Counted from the stretch's first letter, positions 48,734 to 61,029 are shown. The stretch: DNA of 64,000 nt from Lama glama (GCA_028534125.1 CM052817.1:71982001-72046000), one strand, 5' to 3'. The notes: generated by a model not told the origin, from the sequence alone. Translations and numbers: made by a program.

Positions 48734-50659
48734 CACGATCACAGCGAGCGCGTCGCCATCCCTGGCCATTGGGTGGGGAATCACAAACCCGACAAGTATT
48801 TATGAGAGGGAAAAATGAGATGTCATAATACAACAAGAATATATTCATTAAACCTTTCAATTTCGCAGAAACAGAGAATTCCCACTTCAGTAAAAGGCTT
48901 TGAGCAGATTGATCAAGTCTGATATTCTTACTTTTATGAGATTTGACTCTCTATGCTAAAATGAGATACATTTAAAAGAAGGCCAGCCTTGCCAAAGGAG
49001 GAAAACTACTAACATGGTGGAGTTAATGTAACACTAGCCACTGTTCTTTTGATGGAATACTGGGTAATGCCCACAATATGCATTGAAAAAAATCTGAGCA
49101 CCAAAATGAGGATGGAAATTAATTATCCCTTTGAACGCATGGAAAGAACATTCAGACCTGTTTCAGGCTTTCTGAAACAGTAGCCCCGACAGTTTGATAG
49201 CCTCTTCTAATTGCCAAGCAATTTCATTTCTTTCAATACAATCAAACAATGACACCTTGTACTTAAGGTATATGCCAGAAATACAGCTTTCATAATTGTG
49301 GTACCTATAGACTGATGTTCTGCAGGATGTCCCGAGGGTGGCCCGAGCAGCGTTTGCTGGCACATAAGCACACTGGGCGACGCCCGCCCTGTACCCTGTT
49401 TTTGGTCTCTGAGACCCACATAGGTGTGTTAAGATAGGGATAGCTGTACCCGGAGCGAGTATTCCATAAATATTTTTAGGTTCTTTGTGTTGAGTTCAGA
49501 ATTTCCTAAATCTACGAGTCTCAGATCAGACAAATCTGAAAAGTGGAGAATGTTTTCAGTTCGTGGGAAAACTGGGACTTCCCTCAGTTTGAATGTCTTA
49601 GAATCTAGCCAATATTTGGACACCCTCCAAGTGGAGAGCACACTGGAGCTACTTTCCACGCCAGCATGTTTTACTCTTGACCTTGGAGATAAACAGGCTC
49701 TGAAACCAATCTCGAGCCTTAGGTTACGACTGTGATTGTGATCCGATTGGTATTCGTGTCGAGATGCTGTGTGTTCTACAAGAAGGCTGTGCATATTTTT
49801 GGGGAAGTACAAGTCATTGGCAGGCTTGAGGGAAGGAGATAAATTTGTAACCTTTAGTCTAGATTCAGATCAAAGAACAAAACTGCAATGGGCAAAATTC
49901 AGTATTAATTCAATACTCTGAATCATCCCCAAATATCTACTAACGTTTGGTGATTAGAACTATTATAATATGTTGAGCTCTGAGAGTACATCTTATGATG
50001 AAAATACTTATAATTAATTTTTATATTTTAGAGTTTAAAAATGTTAATTATTATACCTCCAAATCTTGTTCTAAATGAGTTAAATATGGTCCTTTTTTTT
50101 TTGTAACCTTGAAAGATAAAGAGAAGCAGCACAGAGACAACTCTATGAAATCTGGGGCTGTTTGCTGCCAGGATACTTGACATAAATCAAAAAGTCGTTA
50201 CCTCACATTAGCAGTTGTAAGTCTACGGCAGGGAGAGTGAAAGAATAAGACATACTTGAACCTAAAAAATAATTTAGAAAAATGTGTGCCACATATGCAT
50301 TTCTTGTTTGTAAACCGCATGCCTCTGTCAGCGCAGTCAGCCCAGCATAGAGCAGACCCTCTGGCCCTGAGGCAGAGGCTGTGTGTGCCTCCTGCAACAA
50401 AGTGGCTACTTCCATCTCCAGCAGCACTGAATGGAAGCATTAAAGAGATACATCCTCCAGAAAAGTTGTCTGATGTACAAGGAAAGCTTTTATTTTAATT
50501 GTTGAATATCTACTGTCAGCCAAATCTTCGGTCACATTTCAATTTCATTTTTTGGTTAGTATTATTGATGATGGTTTACATGCCTGTCTTCCCTTCTAGA
50601 CTAAAATCTTCCCTTTTGTACCCCAAAAGCCCAAGATCACATATTCAATTTTATATTCC

Positions 50660-50865
50660 ATGTCTAATTTATCCATTCCCACTGCCTCTGCCGTTTACCA
50701 CCTATGTGACCTTAGACAAACTATTTACATCTCTGGGCCTCAGTACCTTCTCTGTAAAATAGAAACAAAAATGATACCTACAGAGCAGAGGTTCTATGAG
50801 AAACAAATTAGTTAACATTAGCTTCATATTTTGTTAGCACTTAATAAATATCAGTTATTATTACA
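50660..50865 (+). mobile_element. MIR SINE
   Basis: ctatgtgaccttagacaaactatttacatctctgggcctcagtaccttctctgtaaaatag. Confidence 0.85.
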
Positions 50866-52099
50866 TTAATATTCATGCCTTCAAAATCAACTTGCACAGT
50901 GCCTGGCACCAAACCGCCACCTGTTACCTATTTTGTGTGTTTAAATGGCATTTAAAAAAGCGTGAATCACAGAAATCACTACTAAAAAGTCATTTTTCAA
51001 TAATATGAAAAGACAATTTTGTAGCTGAATTGCTAACTTGCTGCAAAATCATAGGCGACTCACTTTTTCTTCTACTGCTTAAGTTTCCTGCCGACTGGAA
51101 ATAGCAAAGTATCATTTCTCTCTCTTCTTTAAAGTGCTGTAAACTCTTGCAGTTATAAAATGTTGAGTGACAGTACTATTTGATTTTATCCTAGCAAAAG
51201 CTTGTAAGATCTGAGTGTAATAAAGTCTATTTATATCGTTATAGTTCATAAATATGATTGATTTATTCCCCCTACTCTCCTACATCAAACTAGCACATGA
51301 TGTAAGTGCATTCTGGCACTTGCTGTTATTAAAACAAAGCATAACCCTGTTTTTTCAACCAAAGTAGTTCAAGTTATGAGCAAGGTGTATTTAGGCAAGC
51401 AAGCTGCCTGCCTGCAAAGGTATACTTAGCAAGAAGAGAGAAGGAAGTAGATTGTTTACCTTGAGCACTTTGTGGTTGTTCTGCTGGCTGCTCATGCCAT
51501 GTGTCCCCTTCTCCGGCCAGACGCAGCATCTGTCTTGCTTAATTAGCAGGACAGCCTGTTGCATGTGGGGTTTGGAAGAATGAAAGATTTCTCAAGGGCT
51601 CTCTGCTTATGGTATTGTGGAATGCTGTTATTTGTGGATGGATCTAATAACTTGTAATTCTCTTTGTGTTCTCTGGCATGGTTTTGGTGCTGACAAAGAA
51701 CTCCATAGAATGTCTGAATACCAGGGGACAACTCGATTCTGATAACATGATAGGAGATGAAGAAGATCAAGGGACAGAGATCAGGTCCCTGCTTCCCTGA
51801 ATTAACTGTACATTCCAAACAAGCAAGTTGTGTGACCCTTTTTATTTCAAAAGTTTCTTGTCTTATATTCGAATCTTGAATCTTCTCATCATGTTAGTGG
51901 CTCTCTTCGCTGATTATTTTCTGTTTGGTATTTATTTTCTTCTTCCAGATTATTAGGAATCTATTAGAAGTCAAATTGCCACTTTATCCGCCATCCTTTT
52001 GTCTGATGAAGTTTGGGAAGCATGCTGACCTCTGAAAAATTTGATGCCATAAAGAAAAGAGAAGAAAAATTTAAAAATTAAAAGTGACTTAGAAAATTA

Positions 52100-52950
52100 T
52101 CCATATATGTATTATTTAGAAGCAAATCCCAGATACCATTTAATTTTATTGGTAAATGATTTACCAATTACCCCTAAAATCTGAATGTATTATTACATAA
52201 CTACTATATCATGATCATACCTAAAATATTAGCAATAATTCTTAATATCATTAAATAGACATTGTTTAAATTTTCAATTGTGTCATTAAAAAGTCGTAAT
52301 TTTTATATAGTGTGTTTTCTGAATTGGGATCAAGTATCCCAATTGGTTAGTATGTCCTCTGAGAGGGTTTTCATCATAGGCTTTCCCTTCCATCTCTTTC
52401 TCTTTTTCCTGCTTGTAATATATTTGTTTAAAAAACTGTGTATTTTTCCTGTAGAGTCTGAACTTTGCTGATTACATCTCTATAGTTTCTTTTAACTTGT
52501 TTCTTCTTCTATATACTGAAAAAATTGATAGTTGAGTCAGAGTAAAACTTTTCTCTCATCGCACTCGTTTGTATTACATTCTGATTTATAAACATAGTAC
52601 ATCAATGTAGTATCTTAAGTGCTTTTTTAGATGTTATTAGACTGGTGATTCTCAAACTTTGGCCCCTGGATCAGAATCAATACCAGGAGAACTTGTTAGA
52701 TACGCAAATTTTCAGGCCCCACCCCAGACCTACTAACTCAGAATCTCTGGGGGAGGGACCTAGCAATCTGTGTTTTAACAAGCTATCCAGGTAATTCTGA
52801 TATGAGTTGTAGCTTGAAAATTACTGTTAGAAATCATTAGTAATCATTGATTGGCCATTTGTATTTTTTATAATTCAAAAATCATTGGCACATACAAAGA
52901 AGCAATTGGGTAAATTATTCCTTGCATATATTTTCAAATAAATTAGTATT
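52100..52950 (-). mobile_element. Old L1 (L1MC-type) 3' region interrupted by MER5A
   Basis: aagcaaatcccagatacc...acataactactatatcatgatcatacctaaaatattagcaataattcttaatatcattaaata. Confidence 0.65.
52643..52826. mobile_element. MER5A (hAT-Charlie MITE), full length
   Basis: TIRs tggtgattctcaaa / ttgaaaattactg; body gaacttgttagatacgcaaattttcaggccccaccccagacctactaactcagaatctctggggg...aatctgtgttttaacaag. Confidence 0.92.
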
Positions 52951-53559
52951 TTACTGCTACTACTACTACTACTGTCTTGCCAAGTAAGGTGCGTCCCTTC
53001 TACCTCTTTCTTCTTCTAACCCAGCGTAGGCCCCTAATTCTTCTATCAATTACCCTGGTGAAAAAAGGACAGGAATCCCAGTAAAGAATTGGTTTTATTT
53101 ATTTGTCAGCATCCTGTTACATTTGCCAGCACCCTATTTAATTTAAATGCTGTTGTTAACTCTTGCTGCTGCTCCTTTTCACTATGTCATGACCCGACTT
53201 CACACGTAACTTCCCGTTACCCAGGAGCAAATCCAAGATCTGCACTTTGTACCCCAAGGACCTGCATATACCCTTGTGTCTCACTTCCATCAGTGCTCAT
53301 GTGTAATAATTTAATCTTTCTGTTCTACTGACCATTTATTGATTTTCCCTAAGAATTGCTCCCTATTCTTAAAATGTTTCTATTGCCCAAATTCCTAAGC
53401 ATTTATATTACACATAATATCTCACATCCAGATTTTTGAAAAGTTTTCCCAGATGAACCATATAATCTGAAAGTGGAACTCATTCTTGGCTAATCTAATA
53501 TTTTTCTACAGCTTCATACTAGACCTGCACGAGTGGCAGTGCATGGACTCAGGGACAAG

Positions 53560-53745
53560 AGGCAGTGGTGTAAAGGTTAAAAGCCTGGACTCCAGGATTT
53601 AAATCTTCTCCTATTTACTATGCTTGCTTTAGTTTCTTTTTCTGCAAATGGGGAAACGAATAGTTTCAACCTCACTGTGTTGTGGGATTAAATACTTTTC
53701 TATGTGTAACATGCTTTGAAGAGAGCCTGGAACATTGTTATCTAT
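53560..53745 (+). mobile_element. MIR fragment
   Basis: ggcagtggtgtaaaggttaaaagcctggactccag...tagtttcttttctgcaaatgggg...tgtgggattaaat. Confidence 0.7.
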
Positions 53746-54036
53746 CCTTCTCTTAAGATGTTATTTGGTCACATTAATTTTGGTTCATAGGTCTTCGTGA
53801 GGATTGTCCACTCTAGAACATTCTGGCTGCTTAGAAATTATGCCATTAGATTTCTATTAACATAACATTTAATTCAGTGCCACTTGTAACTAATGCTTCT
53901 TGAATTCAGTGATATTCAAAATGCAAATCATTGAATTATAATCTTAGAAAAATATAATTCAGAGTAGTTAGTCTTCAGGACGTAAATAAATAAACTTCAG
54001 ATCATGTATCATAGGAAAAGAAAACCTGGTAGCTAG

Positions 54037-54140
54037 TATAATATAATATAATATAATATAATATAATATAATATAATATAATACAATCTGCAATATAAAA
54101 CGCAATGTAGTGCAATATATAATGTAATATAATGTAATAT
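54037..54140. repeat. (TATAA)n pentanucleotide repeat with degenerate extension
   Basis: About 9 perfect tataa units at 54037-54083, then aatgt/aatat variants. Confidence 0.93.
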
Positions 54141-54239
54141 TGTATAGATGCTCTTACTAGCCTCTTACTTATGTATCGTGGAAACAGGTAGTTTGCAAAA
54201 TCGTACCTTCATTCTGAAGTAAGACTACTTTGGGTAACA

Positions 54240-54379
54240 NNNNNNNNNNNNNNNNNNNNNNNNNNNNNNNNNNNNNNNNNNNNNNNNNNNNNNNNNNNNN
54301 NNNNNNNNNNNNNNNNNNNNNNNNNNNNNNNNNNNNNNNNNNNNNNNNNNNNNNNNNNNNNNNNNNNNNNNNNNNNNNN
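54240..54379. other. N run (140 bp) in unique sequence
   Basis: Direct observation. Confidence 1.
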
Positions 54380-56549
54380 TCTAACAGGCATATTGACAGT
54401 TACAGTTATTACTTCTGGCAACATGGTATTAGCAGGTCAAATATCGTAATCCACTTCAGTTCTTGGTATTTATTGCACCATGAGAGAAATCAAACCGATT
54501 ATGAAATGCATGTAATTTATTATATATATATAAAACATTATTCTCCATGTGGCCCTGTTATTGGTCAATATTAAATCACATTGTCAAACATTAATACCAA
54601 CAGATTAGTCAACACTATCATAATGTACCAAGACTAATTTCTTTTTGGTTTTCAGATCAAATATTTCTTTTTTTTTTTAAAAGGATTTTGCTATTTTCAT
54701 ATTCCCAAAGCTTGCCACTCCTGACTCCCTAAATGCCACTATGTACTTATGTACAGACAGGCGAAGTACTGGCATAGCTGCTGTGGTGAAGGATCTCCCT
54801 CATGTCCTGAATGCCCATTTAGGAGGTGAGATTCAGTACCCAGACCACAACCCACAGCTTACAGGCAGATTCTGTGATTTTAGTGGCCTCCCAAGGACCT
54901 CTTCGATGAAGGGACTTACAGGGCACAGATTTTCTATCTTCCTGGTGGCCCACAGAGGTGTGGAGAGGAAAGGAGTATTTCAAAACATTTCCTCTGGAAA
55001 TAATTGAAAAGAAAATGAGCCTTTTTGGTTTTTTTTTTAGATTAGCTGAGAATCTTTGTAGGAAGATTAAGGCAGATAAAATGGGGTTGAATTATAACGT
55101 CATAAAGTTGTAAGGAGGACCAATGTGTTAGGATTTGTTAAGGGCTTAGACTAGTGCCTGGTAGTGAGCAAAAGCTCTGTAAGAGTTAGTCACACAGTTA
55201 CCAGAATCTTTTGGCTACTTTTATTATTAGCTGGTTATGATGTTGCTAAGAAAGTGTATTCGGAGGTAGGGTGGGGCTGGTGAATACACTCCCTCCGCCC
55301 CTTGTAGACTCTCATTTCTCTTTGTCTTTCCTTCTATCTTCCAACCACTCTCAGACCTGTGCCTTGATGCCCATAGACCCTAGGTGGGGTGGGGGTGGGG
55401 GGTCTGTGTGCGTCTGAGGGCTATAAAAATCTGTAATTTTGAGTAAGTGTATAATTAATCCATGAATTATAGCCTAGACTGATAATGGAAATTAAGCCCC
55501 TTTGACATATGTATAATCATGTATGCACATACATATATGTGTATGTACATAAAGTGTGTGGAAAGAGATGTTGAGATGAAAACAAGCCACTGCTGAGGCA
55601 GGTGGTCATGGGACAAGGCCATGAACTTACAAGATGGAGCAAACAGAATGGGAGTGTAAAACTATGCTAATTTTAATTGTACATATAGAAGCCCTGTAGC
55701 ATGGAGGGGGGAACAGAATACATAAAAAATTTCATGCCAATAATAAAAGAAAATTTTTTATACATTAAAATCTATCAAATTTACTGTATATACAAGAATG
55801 TGTCCAATTCTCAAGGGAAATTCAATTTCCTGCAGTTGTATTTTTATATCACCCAAAATACTTGTGAGAACCAATTAGTGTCCACATCTTGCCATGTTCC
55901 TGTTAAGAGAACCTGGCACAGGAACATCCAGCTAATCTGCTGGCAGCCTTGTATGAAGTACTCAGGAAGCCTGGTATGTCCTTGCTCCAATCTTATGGCA
56001 TCTGAGCCAACTCCAGCCACAGGCTATTGGCCCCTCATTGTGTACTCATGAGTTTCCAGCATATGATGTGTTGCGGAGATCTCTGAGCATGGAACACAAA
56101 GTGATTTTGTGGGCGCTCCTTCAAGGCCTGATCTTCAGATCTTCAGAATATAAACATATGGACAAGGAAGCCATTCCAGGCATCAGATACGACATTGCAT
56201 CAAGTACAAAAGTGAGTCAATAGTATCATTAGGAATAAAATATTCTCAGAGGAGGGTCTGCTGATAAAGAGCAGAATGCTGGAAGTGAACTGTCTGGTTT
56301 GGAGCCAAGTGGGAAATCCCGTGGTCCACCTCTCCCTGTGCTCTCATATCATATTCACCATCTTAGGGGTGTTTGGGGATCCTCAGCATGCCTTCTTATG
56401 GCCTCTGGTAGTAGAGGTGAGGTGCATCCAATTGAGGTCATATGGGACCTGGCCATGCCTACATGTCACATCTTTAAGGGAGCAGGAATGGTGCAGGTGG
56501 GGTAAGGGGTGCACATATGGCTGCCCCTTTCCTAACTGGGAGAGGAGCC

Positions 56550-56785
56550 AATGTGGCACTGCAGGGACTGACACAGTCAGGCTGATCTGAGTTTCAGGTT
56601 CAGCTTTCCCGCTGACTCGCTGTGCAACCTTAGTCAAGTTACCTGGCTTTTCCTAGCTCAGTTTCCTCATCTGTGAAATGGTGATAATAATAACACTCAT
56701 CTCAGAGGATGGTTAGGATTAAAGGAGACAATAAATGTACAGGATTTAGCCCACCTCCTGATAAGTCCTGAATACATGTTAGTAA
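56550..56785 (+). mobile_element. MIR SINE
   Basis: gctgtgcaaccttagtcaagttacctggc...ctcagtttcctcatctgtgaaatggtgataataataacactcatctcagaggatggttaggattaaa. Confidence 0.9.
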
Positions 56786-57036
56786 ATTCTCTCTTATTTC
56801 TTGCTGCTATGCTGGAAGTGTAGATGCTGCTCACTGATCCCTTTTAGGAGGTTCATCCCTAAATAAAGGGAAAAAAACACATTGAGTAAATTTAGAAGAG
56901 GAATATTCCCTGACACTAGCAGAAAATCATAGCTCTTGAATGTGTAAAGTTTGACATTGTTACATAGAAATCTGTTGATGAAAAACAAATGAAGCTGTGA
57001 CAAATGATACATTAATACTTGTAAATTCACCTTCAT

Positions 57037-57228
57037 TAGACTAAAGAGATAAAAATTCAAGACACTCAGTTAAATTTAAATTTTAGATAAACAATATGTA
57101 ATCTTTTGGCATAAGTATGTCCCAAATATTGCATGGGATATACTTATGATAAAAATGTTTAACTTTCATTTGAAAATCAAATTTAACTTGGTGTTCTGCA
57201 TTTTTATTTGCTAAATCTAGAAATGCTA
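57037..57228. mobile_element. MER53 palindromic hAT MITE
   Basis: cagttaaatttaaattttagataaacaa...cataagtatgtcccaaatattgcatgggatatacttatg...aaatttaacttggtgttctgcatttttatttgctaaatctag; arms are inverted repeats. Confidence 0.88.
57085..57170 (-). ncRNA. miR-1302-like hairpin within MER53 (expression unproven)
   Basis: Reverse complement of 57105-57125 is TTGGGACATACTTATGCCAAA, one mismatch from miR-1302 as I recall it (TTGGGACATACTTATGCTAAA). Confidence 0.3.
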
Positions 57229-59137
57229 ATCTTTATAGTCACTATTTTCTGACCTGATGTTCAGTTTTGTATTTTAACCCATGGATATTTTTTCTCATAA
57301 TTGGTAATTTATCAATTTTCTCTGCCTCAATAAAAAGAAACTGCATATAAAATATTAATATAATTCAAAACTTTATGAGATGAGAAAAAATTATGAGATG
57401 TTAATTAAAAGAAAAATAAATCCAAGGTACAGTTACATACATAATGCCTTTCATATTTCAGATAAACTTGATATTAACCTGATTATAATAGTACAGCAGT
57501 CAATAATGAATATAATAAGGAATAAATAAGAATCTAAAAGAATTATAAATTGTTGCCACACATGCTAGTTTTAATACATTAAGAACACAAATTCAAGAAA
57601 ATGTGAATTTCTAAGATTCAAATTTGTGCTATTTTCTTTGCTAGTGTTATTCATACATTTATTTTGGGTAACATATTTGTAATATAATTATTAACATTCC
57701 ATACTGAAAAATCTCTATTATTATTTTTATTATTCAAATAGTATCTGATATTTACCTTGAACGTAAACAGATCTCAGGGCAAAAATAAATTCATTGAATT
57801 AAGCAGTTTTCGGATGATTGTTATTTTGAAACCAATATGTTATAAAGTAATGTTTTAAAGTAGGAGATATGTACATACAAAAATATATATACATACAAAT
57901 ATATTTTTATTTTTTATTGGTAGAATAAATCTCCTTTATGATTTCCCAGATCTGAAAACAACAGAGTGCTAATGTGATTTACATTCCATTAAAAATACAG
58001 TTTAGTCAGAAGTCTTATTTCTAGATGGCTAAACTTATCTGAAATAAAACTTTTGAGTCTAAAGAAACTTACTGAAAATAGTTGAGTAATTAAATGTTTT
58101 TTTAAAAATTTTCCTATTTTTGGTAATCTATTTCACTTGGATTTTTGCCTTTTTGTTTATTTTAAAATCTAAATGGATCTTCTGAAATGTTAACTGCTTT
58201 TTTACAGAAGTTCTTTTTAGAAGGGTATGCCACACAATTACTCCATTGCCCTTTTAATTTCCTTTTACCTTTTCAGAAGTTCTCTACTGCCCTTAGGTAA
58301 CATAATAATTAAATTGGGATAACACCAAATAGTTCTCACATAAGGAAAAAGTAAAGTGCCTCTTAACATGCCTGATAAATTGCTCAACTGGTTTTCCTCA
58401 ATGTGCAAAATTCTTTGAACTAAGAATGTTAGTATTTTTGTGATAGCATTTTGTGGATGTTGCCATTATAAAACAAAACTGTGATATAAACACTTAGAAT
58501 TCATATATATTCCTGTACTAAATTGTATAGAGAAAGATGAGTAGCACTCGAAATAAATTTCAGAACTGTGTTTCTATATCCCAATAATCTTGTGTACTTT
58601 ATTATTGTAACAGGAAGTATTTAACGGTTTTAATATGTTTCCTCCAGTCATAATTCAATTCCTCGTAATTCACCTTTAATCTCCCTTGTAAATAGTTTCT
58701 ATAAAGTTTATGCTTTCATGTCATAGGTGAATTTCTATAACAAACTAAGGAAAATGTAAAAATTCAAAATTAATTGTACCTTAAAAAGCCTGCAATTTTA
58801 GGTTATCATTTAAAAATCAGAAAGTTTAAAGCAGCTGTAATTTTAAAAAAAGACAACAAATGCAAACAAACTATTACTTATGATCATTCTGAAGAATAGA
58901 AAATGTTTACAACCAGAATAAGTTCATAAAAAGAATCACACAGTTACTGATGGCTAGTTAGAATGTGAACATTTTAGGTCATTGTCCTGTTCCCTTAACA
59001 TAAGCATATGCCTAGCTTTGTGATGAATTTCTTGTTTCAAGATTCAGTAGAAATAAATCAAGGAGAGAGATGAGGAAGAGCTTGACATAAAACTTCATTA
59101 ACATATAGAAGGATCCAAGTGTATCTGAAATCGAGAT

Positions 59138-59525
59138 TTTTTTTTCTGTATATATATATTTTATTGAAGTATAGTCAGATTACAACGTTGTGTCAATTTC
59201 AGCACAATGCTTCAGTCATACATGAACATACATATATTCGTTTTCATATTCCTTTTCACTGTAAGTTATTACAAGATATTGAATATGTTTCTCTAAGCTA
59301 TACAATATGAATTTATTTACCTGCTTTATATATAGTAGTTAATATCTGCATATCTTGAACTCCCAATTTATCCCTTCCCACTCCCTTCACCCCCCGGTAA
59401 CCATAAGTTTGTTTTCTATGTCTGTGAGTCTGTTTCTGTTTTGTAAATAAGTTCGTTTGTCTTTTTTCTCAGATTCCACATATAAATGATATCGTATGGT
59501 ATTTTTTTCTCTTTCTCATTCTATG
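59138..59525 (-). mobile_element. Young lineage L1 3' UTR, 5'-truncated, with TSD
   Basis: ttttattgaagtatagtcagattacaacgttgtgtcaatttc...ggtaaccataagtttgttttctatgtctgtgagtctg; TSD tgaaatcgagat at 59126-59137 and 59526-59537. Confidence 0.93.
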
Positions 59526-59749
59526 TGAAATCGAGATGTCTGCCAAGCCTTTTAGCACTCCTCACTTTCCACTATATCAATGCAATTTCTTAAGAACTGG
59601 CTTTTTATGATCTTACCATATTGGACCTAGATGGTCAAGGTAAGAAGGATCATCTGTATTAGTAAAATGGTCCATTTTTGGTGTGAGGAAGGAAATTGTC
59701 TTAAGAGAAAACTATGCTGCAATCTTAATGTTTCCTCCTTACATAAAAT

Positions 59750-59876
59750 CACACAAGTATAGGCTTCTTGATGGCAGAGACTTTGTTTTGTTTACTGCAG
59801 TATCTGCAAGACCGAAAAACAGAGACTGGAACAGAAGAGGGGCCCAGTAAATATTTGCTGAATGAATGAAGGAATG
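59750..59876 (+). mobile_element. L2 3' end
   Basis: ggcagagactttgttttgtttactgcagtatct...cagtaaatatttgctgaatgaatgaa. Confidence 0.85.
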
Positions 59877-60399
59877 CAGTTGATTGCACCAAACTGGAGA
59901 TGTGGAGAGTTCCACTTCATTTGGGAATTCCTGGAACGGGTGGCCTCCAGCATAAAGAAGTCTGGGGGTCTGCGTTTTGCTTTTGATCCAAAAGAGCCAT
60001 TCTCCTAAATGTCCTGCCTTTACTTGCCTGAGATTTTTATCTGCTACTGTGAGATGATGATAGGTAAATCCTCGTTTGTGTAATTCTTTGCAGTTTATAA
60101 AACACAAACTATATTTGTTCTAGGATCTAATTCTTGGAAGTGAGACCTTTGTTTTCCTTTGCCTGCCTTAGCTTTGTAAATTGCCACAATCCATAAGCTC
60201 TTCAAATTAGGGAAAAGCTCTAGAATTCCTAATTGATAAAATGATATTCTCTGAGTCCAGAAATAGTTCAAATAAGGCAATTTCATGCTCTTGAAGGTTG
60301 CTGTGGTTGTAGGGCTTGCGTGCTAACTTCAAATGGGATGACATGAAAGCTCACTACATGAGAACCTAAACATACGTTTTAGAAAATATTATCAAACAC

Positions 60400-60900
60400 T
60401 AACATTAGATCCTCTATATCCAGAATTTTATGTCTAGTAGGGGTGATGGACATGAACAGAATAGTCTCTAACATTGGTGAAGTCGGTGCTAGCAGATTTA
60501 AAATGCTAAGTCGGGCGAGGGCAGTGGGTAATTAACTTTGGAAGTTACAGAGAGGGCTACGCAGACAGTGTGGTGAATGGACAAACCATTGATGATGAAG
60601 CAGAAATTTGCTAAGCTGGACTGCAGGTTTTGGGGATGCGTAGAGAGAAAAGTAGCCCTACAGGCAGGAGTAACAGCATACACCCACGCATGGAAGCTTG
60701 AAATAGTACAGTTCATTTGGGAAGTGGTAAATTTGCCGATATGGTTGGAATATAGATGGCTCGAAAGAGAGTGAGCGGCAAGTGAATTGAAACTGGCATT
60801 TAAAAGGGACTTCTATGTCCTGCAAAGAAGGAAGTCATAGGGAACCTTGATGAATTTTGATCAGGAAAGTGACGTATTACTTGCAATTTAGCCTGAAACT
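60400..60900 (-). mobile_element. L2 fragment
   Basis: gaattttatgtctagtaggggtgatggacatgaaca...caggcaggagtaacagcata...tgatcaggaaagtgacgt. Confidence 0.6.
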
Positions 60901-61029
60901 GGTGGCTTTGTCAAAAAAAAAAAAAAAAACAAGGCAGTGGGAGATGCCAGGTACAAAACTTGGAGGTTTTATTTTATTTTGTATTTTCAGAAGTCCAGAA
61001 AATCCTGGCAAGTTGCCAATAATAAAAAA

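Larger units (their letters stand above)
47600..49800. promoter_or_regulatory. CpG-retaining unique block (possible orphan CpG island or enhancer), core hidden by N runs
   Basis: 8 CpGs in 47651-47709, 5 CpGs in 48734-48757, more at 49330-49460 and 49710-49765, against a CpG-depleted background. Confidence 0.45.

Noticed and set aside
48003-48860. Longest ORFs (285 and 255 aa)
   Set aside because: Open only because N codons cannot be stops; the same applies to all X-filled ORFs.
55383-55402. G-quadruplex
   Set aside because: Only three G-tracts of 3 or more plus one GG; ordinary low-complexity G-run.
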